DNA of 63,780 nucleotides, counting the filler, from Peribolospora baueri (Eukaryota): NCBI GenBank assembly GCA_029717555.1. It is 3 parts of 3 records of this genome, joined end to end, with 100 filler letters (N's around TTAATTAATTAA, not from the genome) between each part and the next. Parts side by side here need not be neighbours in the genome. Positions count along the whole stretch, not along the records: positions 1 to 27,950 come from JAMDHS010000144.1; positions 28,051 to 55,872 come from JAMDHS010000145.1; 1 more part is not named here. One strand, 5' to 3'. Below, piece after piece: positions 27,017-35,791 of this stretch. Each line of letters opens with the position of its first letter. The stretch's first letter is position 1. Position numbers and translations under genes: made by a program. The notes below the pieces were generated by a model, which was not told the origin of the DNA, did no database searches, and saw only the letters and a list, made by a program, of their open reading frames with translations.

Positions 27017-27440
27017 TCAGAGCTGCTGTCGTTCGGATGGCTGATCGAATCCCAGCTCCGACGGCTTACACCTTCTCCATCCGATTGCGCTCCGCCCGAC
27101 AGCCACAAGACAGGAAGAAGACAGGAAGAAGAAGAAGAAGACGAAGACGACGCCGACGTTGAACAGCATCAAGTCCGTCCCGTTCCCGAAGTTAATCCAC
27201 CTAGGCGTCCGGCTGCCAGGCTGTTGGAGTTGTGCCATCAACGCCTTCGTCTCCGGGTAAGCCCGCCGCGAGGAAGGGGAACGGCTGGTCGGTGTAGATC
27301 ACCGTCCCGTTCGTCGGTGAGCAGAGGTCCTTGTAGCCTCCCGCGCAAGCCGCGCCACGAGTCAAATGGCGACGCCCGCCGACGACAGACGTGGCAGAGA
27401 CGCTCAGCGCGAGCACAACAAGTTGCGAAAGGGAAACCAT
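27017..27440 (-). CDS. Small secreted Cys-containing protein, possibly frameshifted
   Basis: Signal-peptide-like MVSLSQLVVLALSVSATS, GGRR, CAGGYKDLCSPTNGT and an upstream TATAA (~27545-27550). The ORF stops at 27201, but a shifted frame continues YPETKALMAQLQQPG...WINFGNGT. Confidence 0.45.
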
Positions 27441-27950
27441 GGCCTGCTAAGGAAGGACGAGAAAAAGGGAGCGTCTTCTTGATGACTGGACCTCGGCGCA
27501 AAAAAGTCTGAGTTTTTTGACCTTCTTCTCCCACACGGTCGCCCTTATATTCTTTCACGTAACCTCTCGCACAAGCCCTGGGGCCCGCCCTGGGGCCCAC
27601 ACCGTAGCAAGGTCACCTCCGCGTCTCGGGCGGCTCACCCGCACCCGTTCGTGGCCAATATCAAGCTCGGCTGCGACTACCTGTACCCGGGCGAAAGCGG
27701 CAAGACGTTCCAGTTCACATTGAGCCAGCAAAACGGCACGGGCGCACCCGGAAATGAAGGCTTTTGCAATTTGGCCGTTGAGTGGACCTTGCCATGGCTT
27801 CTATGGAGGCTATGCCGCTGACCCAAAGCTTTCCTCTCCCGGTAGCGCCTGATGTGGCGTACTACACTCCGGCCAATCAGCCCGGCCTCGTCACCGTGGT
27901 TAGCGGTCCGAGTTGTTAGGGGGGTTAGGGTTTGTATAGGCAACGGAGGC

Positions 27951-28050
27951 NNNNNNNNNNNNNNNNNNNNNNNNNNNNNNNNNNNNNNNNNNNNTTAATT
28001 AATTAANNNNNNNNNNNNNNNNNNNNNNNNNNNNNNNNNNNNNNNNNNNN
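27951..28050. other. Artificial contig-join spacer
   Basis: 44 N + TTAATTAATTAA (stops in all six frames) + 44 N. Confidence 0.95.
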
Positions 28051-28890
28051 TACCGAAGCCGAAGCCATCAAAGCCGCCATCAAAACCCCCATCGAATCCG
28101 CCACCACGCTCGACGGCGTTGGGTGCCTCGTCCTCCCGCTTGTAGAAGCCGCGATTGAAGCCGTCGCGGAAGCCGCCGAAGCCGCGGAAGCCGCCGAGGC
28201 CGAAGCCCCCATCGCCACGTTTGGCATTCTCCTCGACTTCGGCGTCGCGCTTGTAGAAGCCTCTACCGAAGCCGAAGCCATCAAAGCCGCCATCAAAACC
28301 CCCATCGAATCCGCCACCACGCTCGACGGCGTTGGGTGCCTCGTCCTCCCGCTTGTAGAAGCCGCGATTGAAGCCGTCGCGGAAGCCGCCGAAGCCGTCG
28401 AAGCCGAAGCCACCGCCGCCACGTTTGGCGTTCTCCTCGACTTCGGCGTCGCGCTTGTAGAAGCCATTGCCGAAGCCGAAACCTTTGCCGAAGCCGCCGT
28501 AGCCATCAAAGCCGCCATCGAATCCGCCATCTCGCTTGGCATTGCCGGAGCCGTTGCCAATGCCCTAGCGGAGCGAGAGGCGGAGAGCGAGAGGCGGAGT
28601 TGGGACCGGGAAAGCAGGTCAGACCTTCCATCCTACTAGGCTCCAGAAACTCTCGCCATCGACGCGCCTCGGAAGACCAAACTCACATTGCCATTTCCAC
28701 TGCCGTAAGCCACCCGATTTCCATACTGGCGCTTGGAGACGTCAAGGCCATCCGAGCCCGAACCGGCGTCGCCCAAGGCCCAGCTGCGCCGCACAAGGGC
28801 GCTGTCATCACCTCGCTCCACAGGCGTGGCGCTCGCGGAGGCAATGGCAAGCGCAAGAGCGACGAAGGAGGCCGTGCACTGCATGATCAT
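28051..28890 (-). CDS. Secreted Kex2-processed repeat-peptide precursor, copy 1 (3' end lost in the gap)
   Basis: Exon 1 (28890-28687): MIMQCTASFVALALAIASASA-TPVER...VRR...SKR-QYGNRVAYGSGNGN. Phase-0 intron GTGAGT...CTGAC...TAG (28686-28565). Exon 2: GIGNGSGNAKR-DGGFDGGFDGYGGFGKGFGFGNGFYKR-DAEVEENAKR-GGGGFGFDGFGGFRDGFNRGFYKR-EDEAPNAVER-..., running into the N gap. Confidence 0.85.
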
Positions 28891-29050
28891 TTTTGCGAGT
28901 TTCAGGGATAGGGGAGAGCGAAAAGAGCGGACTGCGCAAAGAGTGAGAGGTTCGTCCAAGAACAAGGTGTTGTCGATGCTGTTGTCGGTGTCGAAGTTCT
29001 TCAGCTGAAGAGATGGTGGGAGTCAGCCAGAGCGCTCGGCGAGGAAGAGC

Positions 29051-29057
29051 TATATAT
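29051..29057 (-). promoter_or_regulatory. Putative TATA box of precursor copy 1
   Basis: TATATA ~160 bp upstream of the ATG, conserved in copy 2 at 31701-31707. Confidence 0.55.
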
Positions 29058-29539
29058 CTTGCTTGCGAGCGCCGGCCTCGCGCATGGAACATGCTGCCAG
29101 GCGATCCCAGTGTAGATGGTGTCGGTCGACAACGTCAAGGGACGGGAAGGTGAGACAAAAGGCAGAAAAGACAGGATTGGTGAGCATGAACAGCCGTACG
29201 ATTGCAGTGCTGGGTTTGGTCTCAGTATCAGGTCGAGCTCGACAACATCGGTGGGCGTAGATGCAAGACTCGATGATGCAAGACTCGATTCCGCCTTCCT
29301 CCCCGACGCAGATCCACAACATCCGGCCAGACCTGCGATGGGAGGGGGCGTATGCAGTCGCTGGAGGGACGTGTCGCTGAGTACGAGTGCGGGGAGCACG
29401 AATGATCAGCCGTCTCACGACGGTGGGACGGCGCTCTTGTTTGTTCTCGGCGTTGTAGATGCTCGTCAAGGTTCAGCGCAAATCGTCGCTGTAAGTCAAC
29501 TGTCGTCATGTGTCACGTGCCAGAGCTTGCCGATCACCT

Positions 29540-30000
29540 GATGATCATCTACCGCGTTATCTGTTAGTTTTTTATTAACACCAGTGTGTATTAACATAAA
29601 CATCCTTTGAGGAGTTCGCACCTTCGTAGAGCCCCAAATTGGTCGTAGTTCTTCAAATCTTAAGTGGAAACCTTCAACTATGCGCAGGCGTGCCTTAGTG
29701 GGCAGTATTCCGGACTGTTGTTCTAAACAAGTCTCTTTGGATGCTAGGCGCACGGGGGTCGTGAAAGACTTCGCGCGAAGTTGATGTTCTTGGCGTAGCG
29801 AGGTTCGGCAAACATGGCCATGATGAACTTTGGATAGGTAATCAGTCCTTGACGATTCGAGGTGACTACTAGGCGGAATGCAACAACCATGGGCAAAAAC
29901 GCGCTTTTGTCGATAGGCCTGTTTTCCTGTCCATGACTTCCTGGTCCTCGTACGCAAGACTCGACATTTCAAAAAGGGCCAATACGGATCCCATGTCAAG
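29540..30000 (-). mobile_element. Decayed interspersed repeat, possibly a Ty1/Copia RT-RNaseH relic
   Basis: Present here, at ~32200-32620, and inverted at ~55725-55872. One frame reads MAMFA(E/D)P(R/H)YAKNINFARSLS, loosely like the Copia RNaseH start (x-D-A-D-W-A...R-S-x-S). The family call is weak. Confidence 0.4.
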
Positions 30001-30680
30001 ATTCAGCTTTCTCCTAGTGAGCTAGCCCTTGCTCCCCATGTCCCGCCATTGCGGACCACATTGCATCACGTCTATGGAAGGAGTCCGGCTTCAGGTGGAT
30101 GTAAGTGTTTTCTGACTCGACCAATGCGGGTTTTAGACATGTCTGGTGCTTGAAATCAGTCTTATGAGATTATGTTTCCTTCATTTATATAAGCAATACC
30201 TGCTGAGATGCCACGGGCGCCTCTCCAACCTGGAGGTACCACTGCGCACAGGAACAAGACAAGCATAAGCGGCTTGTACTAGAAGATGAGCTCAAGCGCA
30301 TGACGAGCACACGACAAGTCTTTGTCCGCTGCCATGGCAAACTTAGCATCAACGTCAACATTGAGAAGCAGTTTGCCATTCGGTTCGAGTGCCCGAGCGA
30401 GTCGAGCGCGGAGGATAGAGAAGAGAGAGTGGTGGTGGACGAGCAAAGAGACAAGAAGAGGATGCAACGGCGAGTCCTTTTCTCTTTTCCACCGCCAGCA
30501 GCTCGTCACGGCGGTACAGAGAAGACGGCCTCGGAATCGCCGACAGCGCACTTGGCATCATCGCCATTCGATGCGCCGCGAAGAACGACCAGACAGACAG
30601 GCAGACAGAGAGACAGATAAAACATTCTCGACAGAGATTCGCTTCATGCACGAGGTGGCCTACAACATGGTCGGTCGCAT
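30000..30680 (+). mobile_element. Possible Mutator/MULE transposase N-terminal relic (also ~32620-33170)
   Basis: IADHIASRLWKESGFRW...WRYHCAQ...VRCHGKLSINV...IRFMHE resembles, from memory, the WRKY/FAR1-like C..C..H DNA-binding region of fungal MULEs. It is interrupted by stops and indels. Confidence 0.4.
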
Positions 30681-30961
30681 CGTCGTTCGACGCGCGTTAC
30701 TCACACACCCCCTCTTCACATATTCCTCGGACTATATAGACGCCTCGTACACCTCTATTTTTCTTCTAAAACAGTTTTGATTTTATTCTATAATTATTAT
30801 ACCTATCGAAAATTAGTAAATTCAAATAGAATTGGAAATCGTTCTCAACAACCGCGTAGCGAGAAATTAAAATTTCAAGTACAATTGCATTTTCACAGGC
30901 TTTGCTAACATGTATCAATACAATCTTATATTTAGATATAAAAGTATTGGTGTGCACCATG

Positions 30962-31540
30962 TCATGCGCTAGGAGCCTCGTCCTCCCGCTTGTAGAAGCC
31001 ACGGTGGAAGCCGTCGCGGAAGCCGCCGAAGCCGCCGAAGCCGCCGAGGCCGAAGCCCCCATCGCCACGTTTGGCATTCTCCTCGACTTCGGCGTCGCGC
31101 TTGTAGAAGCCTCTACCGAAGCCGAAGCCATCAAAGCCGCCATCAAAACCCCCATCGAATCCGCCACCACGCTCGACGGCGTTGGGTGCCTCGTCCTCCC
31201 GCTTGTAGAAGCCGCGATTGAAGCCATCGCGGAAGCCGCCGAAGCCGTCGAAGCCGAAACCTTTGCCGAAGCCGAAGCCACCGCCGCCACGTTTGGCATT
31301 CTCCTCGACTTCGGCGTCGCGCTTGTGGAAGCCGTCGTTCAACCCTTTAAAGAACGCGAACAGCTGCGGGTCGAGCTGCCGCTTGGAGACGTCAAGGCCA
31401 TCCGAGCCCGAACCGGCGTCGCCCAAGGCCCAGCTGCGCCGCACAAGGGCGCTGTCATCACCTCGCTCCACGGGCGTGGCGCTCGCGGAGGCAATGGCAA
31501 GCGCAAGAGCGACGAAGGAGGCCGTGCACCGCATGATCAT
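30962..31540 (-). CDS. Secreted Kex2-processed repeat-peptide precursor, copy 2 (intronless)
   Basis: MIMRCTASFVALALAIASASA signal peptide, then KR-delimited QLDPQLFAFFKGLNDGFH, DAEVEENA, GGGGFGFGKGFGFDGFGGFRDGFNRGFY, EDEAPNAVERGGGFDGGFDGGFDGFGFGRGFY, DAEVEENA, GDGGFGLGGFGGFGGFRDGFHRGFY and EDEAPSA*. Confidence 0.9.
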   Translation of the reverse strand: MIMRCTASFVALALAIASASATPVERGDDSALVRRSWALGDAGSGSDGLDVSKRQLDPQLFAFFKGLNDGFHKRDAEVEENAKRGGGGFGFGKGFGFDGFGGFRDGFNRGFYKREDEAPNAVERGGGFDGGFDGGFDGFGFGRGFYKRDAEVEENAKRGDGGFGLGGFGGFGGFRDGFHRGFYKREDEAPSA

Positions 31541-33658
31541 TGTTGCGAGTTTCCGGGATAGGAGGGAGCAAAAAGAGTGGAGTGTGCAAAGAGTGAGAGG
31601 TTCGTCCAAGGACAAGGTGTTGTCGATGCTGTTGTCGGTGTTAAGTTATTCAGCTGAAGAGATGGTGAGAGTCAGTTCAGAGCGCTCGGCGAGGAAGAGC
31701 TATATATCTTGCTGGCGAGCGCTGGCCTCGCGCATGGAACATGCAGCATGCCATGCGATCCCAGTGTAGACGGTGTCGGTCGACAACGTCAAGGGACGGG
31801 AAGGTGAGACAAAAGGCAGAAAAGACAGGATCGGTGAGCATGAACAGCCGTACGATTGCAGTGCTGGGGATGGTCTCAGTCCCAGGTCGAGCGCGACAAC
31901 ATCGGTGAGCGTAGATGCAAGACTCGATGATGCAAGACTCGATTCCGCCTTCCTCCCCGACGCAGATCCACAACGTCCGGCCAGACCTTCGATAGAGGGG
32001 GCGTATGCAGTCGCTGGAGGGACGTGTCGCTGAGTACGAGTGCGGGGAGCACGAATGATCAGCCGTCTCACGACGGTGGGACGGCGCTCTTGTTTGTTCC
32101 CGGCGTTGTAGATGCTCGTCAAGGTTCAGCGCAAATCGTCGCTGTAAGTCAACTGTCGTCACGTGTCACGTGCCAGAGCTTGCCGATCATCTATCGCGTC
32201 ATCTGCTGGTTTTTTATTAACATAAACATCCTTTGAGGAGTTCGCACCTTCGTAGAGCCCCAAATTGGTCGTAGTTCTTCAAATCTTAAGTGGAAGCCTT
32301 CAACTATGCGCCTTATTAGTGGGCAGTCCGGACTCTGATGTTCTAAGCAAGTCTCTTTGGATGCTAGGCGCACGGGGGTCGTGAAAGACTTCGCGCGAAG
32401 TTGATGTTCTTGGCGTAGTGAGGGTCGGCAAACATGGCCATGATGAACTTTGGATAGGTAATCGGTCCTTGACGATTCGAGGTGACTACTATGCGGAATG
32501 CAACAACCATCGGCAAAAAACGCGCTTTTGCCGATAGGCCTGTTTTCATGCTCCATGACTTCCTGGTCCTCGTACGCAAGGCTCGACATTTCAAAAAGGG
32601 CCAATACGGGTCCCATGTCAAGGTTCAGCTTTCTCCTAGTGAGCTAGCCCTTGCTCCCCATGTCCGGCCAAGCGAGAGGAATAAGGTTATTGCGGACCAC
32701 ATTGCATCGCGTCTATGGAAGGAGTCCGGCTTCAGGTGGATGTAAGTGTTTTCTGACTCGACCAATGCGGGTTTTAGACATGTCTGGTGCTTGAAATCAG
32801 CAGGTTGGAGAGGCGCCCGTGGCATCTCGGCCGCCATTGCTTATATAAATGAAGGAAACATAATCTCATAAGAGGAGGTACCACTGCGCACAGGATCAAG
32901 ACAAGCATAAGCGGCTTGTACTAGAAGATGAGCTCAAGCGCATGACGATGCAACAGCGAGTCCTTTTCTCTTTTCTGCCGCCAGCAGCTCGTCAAGGCGG
33001 TACAGAGAAGACGGCGTCGGAATCGCCGACAGCGCACTTGGCATCATCGTCATTCGATGCGCCGCGAAGAACGACCAGGAATGAGAGACAGACAGACAGA
33101 CAGACAGAAATATAAACTATTTTCGACAGAGGTTCACTTCACGCACGAGGTGGCCTACAACATGGTCGGTCGCATCGTCGTTCGACGCGCGTTACTCACA
33201 CACCCCCTCTTCAGATACATATTCCTCGGACTATGTAGGCGCATCGTACACCTCGGTGTGCGTCATGTCATGCTCGTGAGGCATCTATCTGCTTCACGAC
33301 GTCGGCTCGCCCGACGACAACAGTCGAGCCGATGCGATGGGCCCTTGATGACGGCCCAAGACGTGTCCTGCAGAGAACGCAAGTACACCAAGCATCCTCC
33401 GGCACGGCACGCTCGGAGGATTCCAACACGATGCGGGCATAGAGCACGGACGAAGACATCAGGATTCGGGATGGCCTCCGCGATGGACGAGCAGGTGCCG
33501 TCCTTCGTCCTTGAAGTACCGTGTACCGTGTGTACTCCAGGCGTCCCACGTCGCTTGGGTGCATAAAGCTCACGCCGTCTGGGCCAAAGAGCCATATGGA
33601 CCAAGCCTTTGCAGTCTTGGAATCGCGTGGTTTTGCCGTGTAGGATTCAGAAAGGGAA

Positions 33659-33808
33659 GAGACACTTGGCGAACAGAGTTTTGCTGCAGAAATGCGAAGG
33701 AAGTGGAAGTCGATGAGTGGTAATGTGGACTGGCGCCCGAGAGACACTTGGAGAACAGAGTGCTGCAGAAATGCAAAGGAAGTAAAAGTCGATGGACGGT
33801 AATGTGGA
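33659..33808. repeat. Imperfect two-copy direct repeat (~70-80 bp)
   Basis: gagacacttgg(c/a)gaacagagt...gctgcagaaatgc...ggaagt...aagtcgatg...ggtaatgtgga occurs twice. Confidence 0.8.
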
Positions 33809-35791
33809 AAGAGGGATGATCGGAAATGGCACGATGGAGACGACTCACTGACCCCTAGCCTAGCCTAGCATCCCTGTCACGGCAGCCCCTGAGACGTCCC
33901 GACGGGCGCGGGGTACGTTGATCAAATGAAGACGCGAGTCATGTAGGAAATCATGGAGACGGAGTACGTCGAAGATCGTGTATAAGAAGGAAACGACGAG
34001 ACGTCGATCTTGAGTCGCCTCTGAGGACTTTGGTAGATCGCTCGGTGCGGGAAAGCCGACGATTCGATTCTATAGGACTGGCCCTTCCGCAACTCGAACC
34101 AAGCCCATCGTATCGTGTGAGCTCGCTCGTGTGATTGACTACCGCCGACGAAGGACGTGAATAGGCAGGCCCTCGAATGATCCAATTCGGGGTCGCAACG
34201 GCGGCTCCATTCGGGATGGGCCAGCACCACGTGACGGCGCAATGAATCACGTGCGCCCGCTGGAATCTCGCTCGACTCGTCGTGCTCCGGCCGGGCCGCC
34301 GAATACGCGCGGCTAATAACCGGCGATGATGAAGGATGGGCGGCGGCGCCTTGCATCTCGTCTCGCGTGCAGTCGACATGAATCTACTCCCCCTCGTCCG
34401 TCCATCCAATCCACACCAGTCCATCGGGCGGACGCCTGCTTTCTGAATACTCAGCCCTCGTCCTTAGCGGGATTCGTAACTATTTCCTTGCTGACTGACC
34501 CGATAACACGTTCGGCCTACGTACGTAGTGAAGCTGGGGAGGGCCCTGACGACTAGTCCATACCGTGACGACCGATACGATCCTCCCGGCCGGCCGGCCT
34601 ACCGTCTGCCCATATATGCGCGGCTTTCTTTGACTTGGCACGATCCAGGGAGGAGAATGCCTGGGGACATGTGCTTAAGCGTGGAGGGCGACATCCCTGT
34701 ATCATCCTGATCATCCTGTACAATGCATGCTGGACATGTTATACATGGCCGCTCGCCGTCGTCGTCGTCGTCGTTGTCGTTGTCGTTGTCGTTTCGCTCT
34801 CCATGCGCGTCCGTCGACCGTGTATCTCGTCTCGGAAGGGTGGATCCGTGGTGATGTGGAAGGTCCGGCCGGGGAAACGGTGGGAAACGGGAGTTGGGGC
34901 GTTGGAGCAACGACCACACGGTGAGAGGGAAGGTGATCATGGACGAGTTCCAAGAAAAGACAGGCCCGGCCTAAGTCAAGGAGACGAGACCAAGTCCGGG
35001 CGCGGGTCATCGTTCCGTGGCACGCATACATGCATGCATTCCTGCTTGCTTGCTTTGTCGTTGTATGTGTATGTGTGTATGTGTCTTGCGCATTTGCCGC
35101 CTGTATTTTCTTACCGTGCCTTTCCTTTCCTTTCCTTTTCCTGCCGAACGGCGCTTCAAGATCTCTGCGCGCGACTATTGTAGTCAGCTGGTGCTCTTGA
35201 AAAAAGAACACCTTCCGTGCTTGCCTGGATCGTCGACCCGTGCTGCGGCAACCGCCCCGTGCTGCGGCAACCGCCAGTCTGCCTGCTTCCTCCGCCACGC
35301 AAACGCTGGCTGTGGCTCGCTGGCTGGCTGTGGGCGGCCCGGCGAAGCCAAGCCAAGCCAGCGCGCCCGCCTCCTTTTGTCGTTCCCCTCGTTGGCCCTG
35401 CCGACGAACGACCGCGTCAGTCAGTCTTCCTTCCTTCGTCCGCTGGCTCCTAACTTCGACCAACACCACCACCATCACGCCAACTCCCTTTGTCTCCTTT
35501 CCGCCACTCTCCTCGTTCAACGACCACCAACTGCCATTGACCACGACAACGACGACAACGACAACAACAACGACACCGACGACGGCGACAACCACTGAGA
35601 CAGCCAAATCTCCCACGAAGCTGCTTCCACTTCGACACCCCGGGCGGATGGAGGCGCGGAGCGTCATCGACCGCCCGGCTTGTCGCGATCAGCAACCCTC
35701 CGTATCACCACGCTCTCCTTATCCCTTCTTCCCTACTTCCTAACTCCCCTCGCCACCATCCATCCATCCCAACCCACCGCCCCCTTCGATC

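Larger units (their letters stand above)
28051..33273. repeat. Tandem segmental duplication (unit 1 ~28051-30967, unit 2 ~30972-33273)
   Basis: Coding, promoter and upstream TE-derived sequence are near-identical (e.g. 28730-29535 vs 31380-32190, and 29590-30755 vs 32215-33254), with indels and one inversion. Confidence 0.95.

Noticed and set aside
27913..27933. TTAGGG-like motifs near the contig end (also ~12641)
   Set aside because: Only two imperfect units, not a telomere array.
27951..28050. TTAATTAATTAA palindrome flanked by Ns (also 55873-55972)
   Set aside because: Identical 44+12+44 layout twice, with stops in all six frames: an artificial spacer, not biology. Clustering across it cannot be assumed.
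28051..31330. Regular repeat-spacer appearance resembling a CRISPR array
   Set aside because: The repeats are in-frame coding units of a eukaryotic secreted protein. The 'spacers' are themselves repeated and there are no cas genes.
30766..31769. Alternative-frame and antisense ORFs over the precursor (Ala/Ser-rich, EAAEA-rich, KPPKP-rich; also 28003-28560)
   Set aside because: Shadows of the GGC/TTC-rich codons. Only the G/F frame has a signal peptide, a TATA box and KR sites.
28051..33273. Dikaritin/ustiloxin-type RiPP gene cluster
   Set aside because: No DUF3328/UstYa, tyrosinase or tailoring genes are visible. The left flank is lost in the gap, so it is not fully excluded.
34711..35743. 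Long ORFs with poly-V/poly-T tracts
   Set aside because: They derive from (GTC/GTT)n and (ACG/ACA)n microsatellites in the upstream region of the 35792 gene.
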